Assembly: GCF_009914755.1 (NCBI RefSeq)
Contig: NC_060927.1
Reading direction: 5' to 3' (one strand)
DNA length: 64,000 nt
From: the human T2T-CHM13v2.0 reference genome, Homo sapiens
Positions 1 through 16,363 of the stretch are shown here, piece after piece. Position 1 is the first letter of the stretch, and every line of letters begins with the position of its first letter. A model generated the notes under the pieces. The model was given only the letters and a program-made list of their open reading frames with translations. It had not been told where the DNA came from and made no database searches. The position numbers and the translations under genes are program-made.

Positions 1-303
1 GCACCCGGCCAAAATTCAGTTATCTTTGTTTCCATTTTCTACCTTAAGAATTGTACAGAGACCATCATTTTACTGATAAATATATTTTGATAAACAAATC
101 CAGAAACAAGTGTTGCCATCCCTTAAAAAGACAGATGTGACTGCACATTTTTTTAGTACAGTTTGTCTTTTCTCACATCTACACATAGTTTGGACACATT
201 TTTATAAATATATATGTATGTATGCACATACACATACTTCATATATGTATTTATATATGATGTGCTATATATATTATATATGTATAGATATATATTACAT
301 CTA

Positions 304-1814
<1,511 letters not shown>

Positions 1815-3883
1815 TACACATGTGTGTGTGCTCGTGTGTATCATAAATTTACACAGATATATAGAGAAGAGAAAGTGGAGTTTGGAATGGTATCTACCAA
1901 AACTCTTAATAAAGGTTATAGTAATTTTCTCTGGAAAGGGCTGTTAGAGAGGATGTCCTTTTCACAGAAATACATCACTCAAATAATGAGAAAATAAAAG
2001 CAAAACTATTTCCGTTTAGGAAAAAAAAGGCAAATTGAATATATGTGAGATGAGTAGTGAACATAAAACATCGAAGTAGAACCACAGATAATTTAAAAGG
2101 GAAGGAAAAAAGACATTTATAATAGAGAGTGAAGGAAAAAATCATACTCTTAAAAAACTCACTAAACAGAAGATAACACAGCTTATGTAACATTCTCATA
2201 ACAACAAAACTGAGGTCCTAGGTGTACTTCCTGGAGCATGTTAAAAATACAGCTACAGGTTAATGAAAAGGCTGAGTGAAGGAAGTTAACTTTAAGACTT
2301 GCAAAATCTGCGCAACCTGGAATTGCATTCCTATTAAGGAAGTGGGTAGCTCACACTTCCCCTCCCAATGTACCTCTTCATGGATATTTCTGACCACTTT
2401 CATTCTGATAACATGTTAAAATAGCCAATTTGGCCAAATTTACAAAAATAAATGGGGCTATGTATGCAATCCCACATCCAGTATAGATGACAGCGAAGCC
2501 CAGATCTCTCTGTCGTAGTTCCCATATGTTCACCTCATCTCCCGTTAGCATTCTGAAATGGATGGCATCATTGGAAAATAGTACAGGTCCCAAGAAGTAG
2601 AAAATCATCTCCAAGTTAGAAAAAAAAAAAAAGACTGAGCTATAAATCACATAAAAGATGGAAGAATTCCCTAATGTCTTAGCTTTTTTCTTACTTTCTA
2701 GTCAGGAAAAGTTACTTTTACAGGAAAAAATTATTAAAGTTTTTAAGCTTTTAAAAGTTGATGAGTCAACAATGACAGATTAGGTTATTTGGACTAACTC
2801 TTCCACTAAAAACAACTAAAACTGACGTAGTAAACATTTTTAGTCCTTTTAACAGCATCAAAGAGCTGGCAAAATGAAAAAGGAAATACCAAGTACCAAA
2901 ATAAAAGATGTAAATGGAAAACTTTGTAGTTGCTTTAGGTCTGAAGCCATTTGCCAATTTGGAAGGAACTAAGCTGTCCTTTTAATGGACTTGTGGTATG
3001 GAGGAAGCAATAACTAAAGGATGAGGCCCATTCAATGTCGTGTGTCTAGTAAATCACCTCCATCTATAATACCCCGAGCTCTCAAAGGTATACAGTATTG
3101 GGGAACGGATAAATCAATATATCTACCTATCTCCTTCCACCCGGGTAGATTGCAGGGAGAGATACCTTGGACTAAGAAGAGCTGGAGAAGAGAAATAAAG
3201 AGGAAGGAAGGAAAGAAAGAGAAAACATAGACAAATTGTCCCTGAGAGGAGGCGAAGCATGGGCACTTTCTCTCTAGGATTTACATCACCAATTTTGCAG
3301 CACCTAAGTGATCCAAGAAGTATAAACTATGATTTTAACTTAAATAGTTATTCAGTCATTGGGAAATACCCCATATAGAGTTGTTTAAGGGAAATAAACA
3401 CTTCACAAAGACAGCAAAGTACTTAAGGAAATAATACGCCATGGGTGAAAACCAGCAGAAATAATGGACACCTAAGGATTTCAGATATTGCAATTATTAG
3501 ACATAAATTATTAAAAATTATGTTCTATGTTTAAAGAAATAAAAGACAAACTTAGAAATAAATGCAGGGTATAGGAAACTAAACAAAATATCATAGCAGA
3601 TTTGAAGAAGAACATGATTGAACTTCCACAAATAAAATATACAATAACCAAAATTTAAAACTTAAGGTATAGTATTGGTCCACAGATCAGATGAAAAAGA
3701 ACTAAGTAAACTGAAAGAGAGAATAGAAGACATTTATCCAGAATGCAGCACACAGAGCACATAATTGAAAAGAAAAAAGGCTCAGGAACAAGAATATAAG
3801 GAGGGGAAGTAAGAAGAGAGGGGAAGAGAAAACCTAATATACATTTTTTAAAACCTTTTTTAAGTGATATAAAAGAAAATGAG

Positions 3884-4152
3884 GTGGTGGCTCACACCTA
3901 TAATCCTAGCACTTTGGGAGGCTGAAGCAGGCAGATTGCCTGAGCTCAGGAGTTTGAGACTAGCCTGGACAACATGATGAAACCCTGTCTCTATGAAGAA
4001 ATACAAAAATTAGCCAGGCATGGTGGTGCATGCCTGTAGTCCCAGCTACTCAGGAGGCTAAGGTAGGAGAATCATCTGAGCCCAGGAGAGGTTGAGGCTG
4101 TAGTGAGTTGTGATCATGCCACTGAACTCCAGCCTGTGTGACAGAGAGAGAC
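3884..4152 (+). mobile_element. AluJ-like element
   Basis: Alu dimer with diverged, CpG-depleted, J-type right arm. Confidence 0.85.
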
Positions 4153-4458
<306 letters not shown>

Positions 4459-5389
4459 AATATTTGAAGCATTAATGAAGAGAGAATTTTCTAGAACTGG
4501 TGAAAGATGTCAGTCCACAGATTCAAGAAGCTAAATGACTTCCAAACAGGGCATTTAAAAAAAAAATCTTAACCTAAATATACCAGAGTAAAATCGCAGG
4601 AAACTAAAGTTTAGAAAAGTTTAAAAGCAAAAAGATTTTTTTGGAGAAAAAAACACAGCAGTTGACTGATAGCTGACTTCTTAACAGAAGACAATAGATG
4701 GGTGGAGTTGTATTGTCAATTTACTGAAGACAAATAACAGCCAACTAAGAATCCTCTACCCACCTCCACCAAATCATTCAAGAACAAAAGTGAAGACATT
4801 TTTAGACAAAAACTAAGACTGCCTACAAAAATCTAATTCTAAAAGATAAACTTTAGGCAAAAGAAAAGTGACTTCAGATGGAAGAAGTATTAGCAAGAAG
4901 CAATGGAGAGCAAAGAACATGTAACAAACAAAGACTGAAGCATCTTTTCTTGGAAAGTTTGTAAACACATTTAAAAGTCTTGAAATAAACTAAAAGCAAC
5001 AGCAAAACTTTAACTTCAAGCAGAAAGACTTCAGTAGTCAATATGGGGCTTCCAAACATGGGTGAAATAATTTTTAAAATGTGTTTTTAAAGGTTTGCAG
5101 GGGAAGAAAGGCAGGATTAAAATCATCATTTTTGAGACTTAGCTGTCTCGTTGACATTTGTGTTTTCTTAAATTTTCTTAATGGGTGTATTTTCCTTTTA
5201 CTGATAACATTAGCCTTCCATTGGAATATGTTGCATTCATTGTTTTAATAATGATTTCAAGAGAAAAGTTATAAATGAAGAAAGGTGCACAGACTGTTTT
5301 CTGCAATACGTCATGTTCCCTTGAAGATTAATTGTTTAGATTCCAAGTCTGAACTTTTATATACATAAATCAAGTTCTAGCTTAACATT

Positions 5390-5915
5390 GCCCCAAATTA
5401 AATGCATAGCCCTTACCATGTCCTAGAAGGATATATCTGGTTCCTGCCTTTGGGTACACTGTCTCCCAACAACCCTCCCTCTTCCTCACTGTCCAGATCT
5501 ACGGCCTGTTGCTCAAGTATCCCAAGCCTGTAATTGCTTGAGGACCTTTGCACAGTTTTTGTTTTGTTTTCACAGCCAGGAATGCTCTTCTGGTTCTTTC
5601 TATGGTTGGCTTTTCCTCATCTTTCAGTCCTCATTTTAATGGTGTCTCCTCAGAAAGCCTTTCCTGACTATCCTCTCTAAAGCAGCCTCCCTCTCAGGTC
5701 ATTATACTACTGTGCTGCTCATTTCCTTGGCACACTCATCATTCTCTCCAATTGTCATCTTCACTTGTTTACTAGAGTCTTGCCTGTCTCTTTCCCACAG
5801 AAAATAAGTTCAGCTTCATGAACAAAGGACCTTTCCTGAGTTGTGTGGCATTGTACCTTTAGGTCCTAGCACTGTGCCTGACTCAACATAAGTGTGCAAC
5901 AAATATTTGTTGAAT
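5390..5915 (+). mobile_element. L2 3' end
   Basis: Ends with the L2 terminus ...AGCACTGTGCCTGAC...AAATATTTGTTGAAT. Confidence 0.7.
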
Positions 5916-6189
5916 ATCCTTAAAACTGAAGACATTCTCATATTACTGACATTACTGTCTGACTTCAGGTGTGAGCCGCCTGTTCTGGATTGGGACTTAA
6001 AGAGACACCTGTAAAAGGAGCATCGAATTCAGTAGCTACGATGAGAAAAGCAGATGTGATCAGCAGACATTTCCTGGGAGCTTACCGTGCTAAGCATCAG
6101 AGTTTTTTTAAAATATGTTATCATATATGAAAGATATATATAAGATTTCCTGTAAGAATAAAGTTTTATAAGGACTTTGTAAGGTCAAG

Positions 6190-6400
6190 ATGGGCCTGAG
6201 TTCTAATTTTATTCTTCTACTTCCTTGCTGTGCAAATTTAGATAACTTAAGTAAACTCTCTCAGACTCATTTTCCCTATTTGTGAAATGAGGACAATAGA
6301 AATGACCTCATAGGGCTGTGAGAATCAAAAGAGATAATGCCCGTAAAGCAATGGCTATGTGTGTGGCATATCATAGAAGCTCTGTAAATGTAAATATTCT
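6190..6400 (+). mobile_element. MIR
   Basis: Core resembling CTCTCTCAGACTCATTTTCCCTATTTGTGAAATGAGG...CCTCATAGGGCTGTGAG. Confidence 0.7.
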
Positions 6401-6989
6401 TGCCTCATTCCATGAAATAATGTTTGATGCACTCTGCTAGAGAAACTTATAAATAATATTTAATTCACACTTATTTTGAATCTATATAACCTCCCAAACC
6501 AGTGAAGTACTAACATTTTTTTTTGACATGGTTATCTAACAATCCATGGAGAGCATTGCCCTACCAAAATCCATACCCCACTCTTCCAAAAGAACCCCAA
6601 ATTTATTTGTGGTAGTAATGTGCTGAGCTAATGCTTTAGCTCCCAGACCCTCAGAAGCTAGAGGTGTCCATGTGGCATGAACCTGGCCAATGACATACAT
6701 AAGTGGCACCCTCACATGAGACTTCCTGCAAGCTCCTTTGGCCTTTTGACCTTCCATCTCCTTCCTGCCTGGAATGTGAACACAACTCCTGGATGTACAA
6801 CAACCATCCTGAGAGCATGAGAACAAAGCCACACAAAAAGGTATGGAAGGAAGGTAGAGGGAGTCAGAGTCCTTGATGCTATCACTGTACTGCCATGTCC
6901 AGCCCTGTACTGCCTAGTCCTGGATTACTTCTCATGTGACAAATAGCCATCTTATTCATTTAAGTTTACTTGATTTTTTTTGTTACAAG

Positions 6990-7571
6990 TTAGGGTTTTG
7001 TTACAAGTTGGGATTCTCCAGAAAAGCAGAACCAAAAGAGATAGAGATAGAGATGGGGATAAATACAGATACAGATATATACAAAGAGATTTGTTATAAG
7101 GAATGTACTTACATGATTACAGAAGTTGAGATGTTCCAACATCTGCATTCAGTAAAGTGGAGATCCAAGAGAACCAATGGTATAAGTTAAGTCCAAGTCC
7201 AAAGGTCTGAGAACCAAAACAGCCAATGTTATAAGTTCCAGTCTGGAAGCCAGTAGGCTCAGACCCAAGAAGAGTTGAGGTCTTAGCTGGAGTCCAAAGG
7301 CAGGAAAAGACCAGTGTTCCAAGCTCCAACAGTGGGGCAGAGGAGTCTCCCCTGACTCCTGGGTGGGTCAGCCATTGCGGTGTATTTAGTCCTTCAACTG
7401 ACTGGATGAGGTCCACTTACATTAGGGAGGCAATCTGCTTTACTCAGTCTACCAATTCAAATGTCAATCTCATCCAAAAGCACACCCTCACAGACTCACT
7501 GGGAACAATATTCAACCAAATACCTAGCACTCCATGGCTTAGTCAAGTTGATACATAAAATTAACCATCAT
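6990..7571. mobile_element. MLT2-type (ERVL) LTR inserted near the end of an older MLT1 LTR (about 6540-6985)
   Basis: TTCTCCAGAAAAGCAGAACCAA start, internal GATA-like repeat, and GTCAAGTTGATACATAAAATTAACCATCA end. Confidence 0.7.
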
Positions 7572-8709
7572 ACCTGCAGCCAGAAACAATGCTGTGATGT
7601 ACCAGTCCAGACCACCTCATGGGCACCTGCAAAAGAAAATCCAAGGGTTCTTTTAAGAACTCACTTTTTAGTTATGTGTTCTCTCCTCTTCCCATTTTAT
7701 GTTTAGAAAGCCCACAGAAAGTGGAACGTGAACATAATCATAAAGGAAGTTAAGAATCATGAAGGAAATCAGGCTATGGTAGCTTAAAATGTGTCTAACC
7801 CCCAAAGAACAGCTATTGCAAAAATCTTGAGAATAGGTAGAGAGAGCACTGCCATCCCCTTCCCCAATGAGTCCCTTTATAATTGTTCCCAAAGGAACTT
7901 TGAAATCTCCAGTGTTGAACCCAGAGAGTGAGACATGAGCCACAGGTTCCCCTGCTGGCCCCAAGAGAAACAAAACGAAGTGTCTCATCAGCATTACAAA
8001 AGCTTTTACAATGTAAAATTCAACATTATTTTTGATCATTTTCTCTGATACTTTTGAATTTGTGTATAATGAGCACGTAAAGCACACCCTTATTAATACA
8101 CTAAAAGTGGTTTTATGAGCCCAAAGGAAAGGTCCTAATTTACATGTGATGCTTGCTCACTCATTCATTTACTTGTTGGATAAATTACTGAATGCTTCCT
8201 AAGTGTCAGGCTCTGGGGACACAAAGCCAGGCACTTTGTAAAGAGGTTTAAAGAGCCAACTCTATCCTCTAAGAGTTAGTAATCTAATATTGACACTGAT
8301 ACACATGCAAATACATCCTGGCACAGAATAAAAGAATGAATCCTGGACATTCTTGAACCATGAAGTACCTATGTCACATACAAATTAGTTCACATGGAAG
8401 TTAATGTTTACAAATAAGAGTAATTGGAAATGGAATGAAATGTATGCGTATGCATACTTCCATTTCCAGTCTAGCTGAGCAGCCTTGAGTAAGTTACAAA
8501 GCGTCTGTGAGCCCCATTCTCCTCATGAAGAAAACGAGGGTAATAATATCCAACAATGAAGGAGTCTTTGATAATTAAAAAGCTAGTAAAGCATATAGTA
8601 CAGTGCCCAGCACAGAGCAAGTGGAAAATGCTATTTACAGCTACTTCTACAGTGATGATGATTGCTCAAACATTGATTCCACTAATAAAGGGTTTGCACA
8701 TTACAGGTA

Positions 8710-9310
8710 TTTTTTTTTAACTTTTATTTTAGATTCGGGGGTACATGTGAAGGTTTGTTACATAGGTAAACTCATGTCATAAGGGTTTATTGTACCAATT
8801 ATTTCATCACCCAGGAATTAAGCCCAGTACCCAACAGTTATCTTTTCTGCTCCTCTCCCTCCTCCCACCCTCCACCATCAAGTAGGCTCCAGTGTCTGTT
8901 GTTTCCTTCTTTGTGTCCATAAGTTCTTATCATTTAGCTCCCACTTATAAGTGAGAACATGCTGTACTTGGTTTTCTGTTCCTGCATTTCTTTGCTGAGG
9001 ATTATGGCCTCCAGCTCCATCCATGTTCCTGCAAAAGAGATGATCTCATTCATTTTTAGGGCTGCATAGCATTCCATGGTGTTTATGTACCATATTTTCT
9101 TTATCTGATCTGTCACTGATGTGCACTTAGGTTGATTCCATGTCTTTGCTAATGTGAGTAGTGCTGCAATGAACATTCACGTGTATGTGTCTTTATGGTA
9201 GAATGATTTATTCCTCTGGGTATAAATGGTAATGGCATTGCTGGGTCAAATGGTTGTTCTGCTTTTAGCTCTTTGAGGAATCACCATACTGCTTTCCACC
9301 ACGGTTGACT
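8710..9310 (-). mobile_element. 5'-truncated L1 (old L1PA/L1PB) 3' end
   Basis: Track ORF 8934..9176 is the L1 ORF2 C-terminus (MFIAAL..AKTWNQPKC...MFSLISGS). TSD-like GGTATTTTT at 8706-8714 and 9311-9319. Confidence 0.9.
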
Positions 9311-10974
9311 GGTATTTTTAATTGATCAGGTTTATCCTTTTCCTACCAAAAAGTCAGGGTCCCAAAACTGTCCCTAATGACTCAGTTCTCATTAAGACAA
9401 AGTGTTTTGTTTAAGTAAATAAGTAGGGGGACTGGAGGTATAAAAAGAAACCAAATTAAGTGATTACTTGAATGCTTTTGCCATTGTGGATTTAGCCACA
9501 TCTGTTTCATGTTATCTACTGTGGTCTGCTAAAATTCCTGTCATCTCATTTCTCTTTAAATGAACAATTCTTTATTGCTGAAATGTATTTTCTAGATCCT
9601 TCTTTTAATGTACTCATATTTCTGTTTAACACACTATTTATTTGTTCATTCATTCATTAAAAGTATTTTTCAGCACCTACTAAGAACCAAGCACGGTTCT
9701 GAGTTTAGCATTGTTAAATAATACCAACAAGGTAGACAGGTTCCTGATCCCAAGTATCTTAGTCAAGCCTATGTTCCACCAACAGTCCAAAATGTCTTTC
9801 TAGATCCTTTCATATCATGTACTTTCTGGTCAATTCTTATAACATTTCATCCCTTAAAGATGGTTCATATCATCTTTACCTATAAAATTTCTGTCTTTAT
9901 TTATGGAATATGATTCATTAAGATTATTTTATTTCACTTCTGTTCTCTAATTCATGGTTTCTCAAGTTAGTGGGTCCCCTAACAAACCCTCTACAACATA
10001 AACCACAATTGACGTTTAATTTTGGTGGTTGAAAAACAGTTCGTGTCAAGGTTTGATTTAAAAATAAGTCATCCTCTGACACAAATTACATTCCTAATGT
10101 AATGTGATGGACACATTAAAAGAAGGCTTTCCAGTAAATTCCTTAGAGTTTCCGTCAGCTCAGCATACAGGAGAGATTGAATATCTGCTCAAAGCATATG
10201 TTTATCAGGGACATATGCACTAACACGTGAGTTATTTTTTCAAACAAGATTTTAAAATCCAAGTATTTTTATGTTACAAGACATTAAAGGCACTGATCAT
10301 TCACCATATGAATTACAGCCGTGTACTGTATGGGGAACCAGTGGGTAATTCTTTGCACATCAAAAGATGTTGTCTCTAAACGTACCACCCTCCCTCTCGG
10401 TGTTAATGCTGGCCTTGGCTGATCCCTCATGAAAGACTAGTATAATGTCTTTTTAAATGACTTTTTTTTTTGACTTATGTAACATTCACAAACTAGGTAT
10501 TCAGGAAAAAAAAAAAAACCTTAGCAAGTTTTTGGGAAGAGATGAAAGCATGTTCTGTTTTAAATGTTCATCTAATCCTTCATAGAGGGATAAAATAAAC
10601 ACGTTTTCAAAAGTTCAGCAAAATTTTTCAGAAGTTCAACAAAAAATTCCTGGAAAGCTAAGAAGTGTCAGTTCCTTTCAGCCCAGCAGCACTGTCCCAG
10701 ACAATGTTTAACACAGGTGGCACAAGGCCAGTAGTAATGTCCTTTCTGAATCATTTAATTTTTACCCAGGAAGTAATTCATCTAGCAAGCTCTTGCCTCT
10801 TTAATCACCCACCAGCCCCTACCTGGCCCTATCATGATGATAAAATGCATTGCTGGCATCCTACTATCAGCCAACAGATAGGAGCACCCCTGGGTGCTCA
10901 CTGGTTTGAAAACTCTGTGCCTTTCATACTGCCTGTCTCTTATGTTTGTCTGTCCATATTCCCAACAATCTGAC

Positions 10975-11336
10975 TGTCTTAGTTCATTCAGACAGCCATA
11001 ACAAAATGCCTTAGACCGGATCATTTATAAACAATAGAAATGTACTGCTCACAGTTCTGGAGGCTGGAAATTCCAAGATCAAGATAACAGCAGATTCTGT
11101 GTCTGGTGAGGGCCCCATTCCTCACAGATGGTGCCTTCTAGCTGTATCTTTATATGGCGGAGGGGGCAAACAAGCTCCATCCGGCCTCTCTTATAAGGGC
11201 ACTAATCTCATTCATGAGGGCTCCACCCTCATGACCTAATCACCTCCCAAAGACACCATCTCTCAATACTACTGCATTGGGGATTAAGGTATTAACTTAT
11301 GAACTTTGGGGGAACACAAACATTTAGATCATAGCA
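10975..11336 (-). mobile_element. MLT1A-type MaLR solo LTR
   Basis: TG...CA ends, CTCACAGTTCTGGAGGCTGG motif, 5-bp TSD ctgac/ctgat. Confidence 0.85.
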
Positions 11337-11519
11337 CTGATTGATTGAATCTCTGTCTCTGTCTATTTCTATGACTGTTTCTTCCTTTCCCTTTAACTCC
11401 ACTTCTCTGTCACTATGTGAGTTTCCCTCTGCCTCTATGTTTGCATATCTCTGTCTCTGTGGTCCTGTCTGTATGTATTTCTCTCTGCTCTTCTCTGTTT
11501 CCCTTCATCTCCCTTTCTC

Positions 11520-11620
11520 TTCTCACCTCTCTCTCTCACTGACTCTCTCTCTCTCTCACACACACACACAGCCACGCACACAAACACACACACACACATG
11601 CATGTGCACACAAACACATA
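11520..11620 (+). repeat. (CT)n-(CA)n compound microsatellite
   Basis: Seen directly. Confidence 0.9.
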
Positions 11621-13045
11621 AGGGCATTGTTGTCTTATCTTTATCATCAACCCCAAATAGACTGTTACATGTCTCCCACACTATTACAATAAAACTTCTG
11701 TCTGAAAAACAAGTTTCTATGTAGAGAAATTTTGAACATTATTAGAAAACAAAATTCCAATACCAGCACAAAGAAGTTCTTTATAGTCCTCTACATCCAG
11801 AATTTGACATGAGAACTTCAAACATATAATAAAATCTGTCACATAGACCATTGGTCCAAAATAGCCCTGGAAAGATTCTCAAATCCGTAGGACATCTATC
11901 ACTGGGTACTAACTGAGTCAGTTATACACCTTATATGTGGATTTACTATAATTTTCAAAGATATGTTATTCAAGGTTTCTCAGTGTCAGATTTGTGGAGG
12001 TCCACAATGGGTGATTTCAGGGGGCTCATGAACCTCTTAAAACTGTATGTAGTTTTCTGTATATGAGCATTTTTCAAGAGAAAAGTCCACAGCTCCCACC
12101 AAGATTCACAAAGTACTAATAATAAGATTCACCAAAATACTAATAATAATCAGCCATGTGATTGTCATCTTCAAAAAATTATAAATTCATTGTAAAGATT
12201 TTACTTTTGGTCAATATATACCTTATCGACCAAGGGATGCTAATAGTCACACACCACCATCATCATATGGAAGTTCAAAAAGTATTTGACAATTAAAACA
12301 GGGCTAATCACAGTATTAAAGGCTTATAAATTCCACCTACAGGGAACTGTTTATTTGGCACTGCAGTTGTTTTTTAATCTTTTTTATATTTGAGAACAAT
12401 TTCTGACATAATTCAAATGCACCCCATCTCCATGCATTTTTACCTTCCTGAATATTTCCATTAGAATCTTTAATTTTCTAACATAGCTGTTTAAATAGAC
12501 ACTGAGAAGAGAGGATAAAGTCATGATGCATTTAGCAAGTAGCTCATTCTATTCTCTACAATTAGTCCCACTGAGGAGTTGAGTTAGATAAAAGTTGGGA
12601 AGGTTACCTATTATCTTGCTTCTCAATGCTTTCATTTGTGTGTACTGCTTCAACAACTCCCCAAATAATGAAACTATAGAAAATGGTCAAGGTTAATTCG
12701 ATGCAGATACTGCACTTTAAATACAATTATCATTTCGTTTCTAAAACGCTTTTTAAAAGAAATGATTGCTTAGGAAATGAGTGAGCAGAGAATGGAAATG
12801 AAAACTGTATTTCTTAGCAAGCATGTGGGCTTCAGGAAGCAACAGGAGGCCAAGGTTGGAAGAGTACATTCATAGGTTCCACAATGCCAAAGGGTAAAGC
12901 TCTCAAACTGGCCTTCAAGGTTCTTCTGCAGGATGGAGCCCCAATCTTTAGATCCATCCTTATATCTAATGTTCCTCAACAGCCAATTTATCCCTTCTCT
13001 TCCTCCTTGAACCCAATATTCTAATAACCCTTCATGCCTGTGCCA

Positions 13046-13510
13046 TGTGGCAGACAAACTTCAAGGTGGCCACCATAACCCCCAACACCTGGTGCTCACC
13101 TTTCTCTCGTCCTGTCCCTTTGCATGTGTGCTCCTAACAAATAGAATGTGGTAAAGGTCATGAGATGTTACTCCCGTGATTATGTTATGCTATAAACTCT
13201 GTATGGTTAGCAGATCCATTTTGGAGTCTCTCTCTCTCTTTCTCATTCACTTTTCCGTCTGCTTTAACAAGCTGCCACAAACCCTGCAGCCACATGGGAA
13301 TGAATTCTGCCAATAATTTAAGGGAACTTGGAAGTGGATCCTTTTCCAGTCACATCTCTGGTGAGAACCCAGCCATGGCCAACACCCTGACTGCAAACTT
13401 GTAAGAGGCTGAGTAGAGAACCCAGGTTCCTGCCCTATAGAAATTGTGAGATAATTAATGTATATTGCTTGAAGCTGCCAAGTTTATTACACAGACAAGG
13501 AAACAAATTA
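13046..13510 (+). mobile_element. MLT1G/H-type MaLR LTR
   Basis: TGTGGCAGAC...GGTGGCC start, GAATTCTGCCAATAA, and GAAATTGTGAGATAAT near the end. Confidence 0.65.
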
Positions 13511-14639
13511 AGCTAGTGCTGTGCTGTCCTTCTAGAATGCTCTTCTTCTTTGGAGATCCTGCCCCTTTTTCAAGAATCAGATCTGAAATCTCTCTTTCAC
13601 CTTTTTCTCACCTAAAACCTGACAATTTATCCAAGGACCTCCCAAGCAGTTTGATTTTCAGCCTCTTTTCAACACCGTTTTCCCACATGGATGACTCTGG
13701 GCCTTAATGTCTCACATGGTACTACATATTCCACAGGGATCATCATGAATTCACATATATGCTCAGTACTCCACTCTCTCTGCCTGATCGTTTCCTCATG
13801 ATCTTTTGATGGTGCTTCCCTGGGCCTATCACACCTCCTTTTCCACCACTCAACCCTTCTCCTCTCTCTACAACAAAAGCAATCTCTAGCAACATTCCAA
13901 ATTTCAGTGACACCCCCAGATTTAGACTTGTGACCCAGTTTCTTCTTGGCTTTGAATCCATGCTAATTTTCCCCAGCCAACCAAACCCTCTCTCACATGC
14001 TTAAATGGAGGCATGAGGGTTTAATTAGGAATCTTCCTGTTAGTCAGCCTCTCCAGTCACCTCAACAAGGCCCTCGCTGTTGGCTCACTGGAGCAAACAG
14101 CTGTGAGACTGGTCTCTCACCAGCTACCTGGCTGCCACTTAAAATATTTCATGCTCAGAGGCACAAAAAATAAGCTCAGGTCTGAGTCCATATGCAGATC
14201 ATGACAGGCCTACCTCACTTCACTCCACATGAACCTGTACACATCAGATGAGTGCAATGCCCACAAAATAGTACCTGGTATGTATTAGGATGGGTAAGAA
14301 TTTAAACTGGGAAAGCCTTTTTGGAGGGCAATTTGGAGTACCTATCAAAATATAGGCGTTTGTATAGGGTGATACTCAGCAGTTCAAAAGAATGCTAGGA
14401 CTTTTGCTTGCGAGAAGAGAGATTAGACACACTTTTTCCTATTTTTCCTGTTTAGTATAACTAAAAGCTCCGGACATTGTATATAACACAAATGTAAGTA
14501 AATTCTGAAGGGAGGAACGAAGAAGGCAAACCAGCTAGGGATCTGTGATCAAAGGAACGACACGGTGAGAAATGCCCTGGGTTTTCTTTTTGGCCTTATT
14601 TAATAACCCAAGATTTGGAGCTGAAGATGCTGACAACCC

Positions 14640-15200
14640 AATCTCCACATTAATGTTTGTAACAGTCCTAATGGTCAAAACCTGGAAACAACCAAGATAT
14701 TCTTCAATGGGTAAAAAGGTTAAACAAACCATAGTACATCTGTGCTATGGAATACTACTCAGCAATAAAAAGGAACTAATGATACATGCGACTACCTAAA
14801 TGAATCCCCAGAAAATTACACTGATTGAAAAGGGTCAATACCAAAAGGTTAACTACTGTAATATGCCATTTATATAAAATCTTTGAAATCACTAAGTTAT
14901 ACAAATAGAGGACATAGAGGACATTTAGTAGTTGCCAGGTTTTGAGGAGGAATTGGGGGGTGGGAGGGAAGTAGGTGTGCCAATGAAAAGAAAACAGGAG
15001 ACATCCTTTTGGTGATGGAAATGTTCTATATCTTTACTGTATGATGTCAGTATTTTGGTTGTGATATTAATTTAGTTTTGCAAGATGTTACCATTGTGTA
15101 ACACTTGTGAAAGGGTACAAGGGATCTCTGTGTTTTTTTTTTTTTTTTGTGGGAACTGCCGGTGAATCTACAGTTATTCAAAATTAAAAGTTTAGTTTTT
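14640..15200 (+). mobile_element. L1MC/MD-type 3' end
   Basis: ORF2-end-like KTWKQPRYSS peptide, GGTGATGGAAATGTTCT 3' UTR motif, A/T-rich end. Confidence 0.7.
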
Positions 15201-15319
15201 TTTTTAAAAAAAAAAGGAATACTATCTCTAAGCTCTCCAAGATGTACTGTTTAAAGAAAATTAAGTTGTAGAACATTATTTACAGTATGGCCCCTTTTAT
15301 GTCAATATTAACTAACCTT

Positions 15320-15550
15320 TATAGGTACTTACAGTGTGGCAGGCACTATTCCAAGCCCTGTACACACATTCATTCATTTAATCCTCCTTATAAGTCTATG
15401 AGGCAGTCACTATTATTATCTGCATTCTACAGAGAAGGAAACTGAGGATCTGAGAGTTTCAATAACTCAGTCAAGGTCACTTAGCATATGACAGAGACAA
15501 GACTTGAACTCAGGCAGTCTGACTCCAGGATTTGTGCTCTCAGCCACTAA
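15320..15550 (-). mobile_element. MIR
   Basis: CATTCTACAGAGAAGGAAACTGAGG core. Confidence 0.8.
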
Positions 15551-16363
15551 CTGCATATTTCTACTATCCGTCTGAAATTAATTTTTACATGTACCTTAGT
15601 AGAAAAGGATCTTAAAGGATACACACAACCAGTGGCATCCCTGTAAGCAAGCTTATTTTTTTGGAGGGGAAGTGGCCTGTAGTCTTTGCCAATGTCTATG
15701 ATGCAAATATGCTCAATTTCAAGCTATTAACATGCTGTCACTAAACACAAGGGTTGCTATAAGCCAGCTCCAGCACATCACTGTACATTGTGTCATCGTG
15801 TGTGACACAACAAATCAAAATTATGGTGTCCTCAGAAGGGGAAAATGGGAAATTAAAGAGTTTAAAATGTGATTTTTTTTACTTTGTATTATTTGTTTAC
15901 AATGAAAATATACACATTACTCACACATTTTAAAAATACTAAAAGAAGTAAATATTTAAAGGTGTATCCTACTGGCTTTGACCTTAAAATCCTTTATGGC
16001 ACATCTCCTCCCAACATATTCCAGTGCTCAAAATACTTCAGTGTACACATTACCTACAGGAAAATCTCTCAGGCCCCTTCTCAGGACACACAAAGCCTCT
16101 CAAGGGTTTGTCCTTGGCCTGATCCCAGGCTCAACGCCTTCCATAAACATCTATGCCTCAGATGACCTGCCATGCATTGTCACATTACCATTCCTTTGGT
16201 CATGCCATTTTCTGTTCTTGGAATGTCTTTTTCATCTCACTCTCATACTTAATGCTCCACAGCTGATATAAAACCTCCCACTAGGCTATACTGTCCTTGA
16301 TGGGAGGAGTCATTTCTTATTCATCTTTTTCTCATTTAATCCTCACCAAACCCCTACATGAGA

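Noticed and set aside
8934-9176. 80-aa ORF resembling a real protein
   Set aside because: Decayed L1 ORF2 C-terminus in a 600-bp truncated copy.
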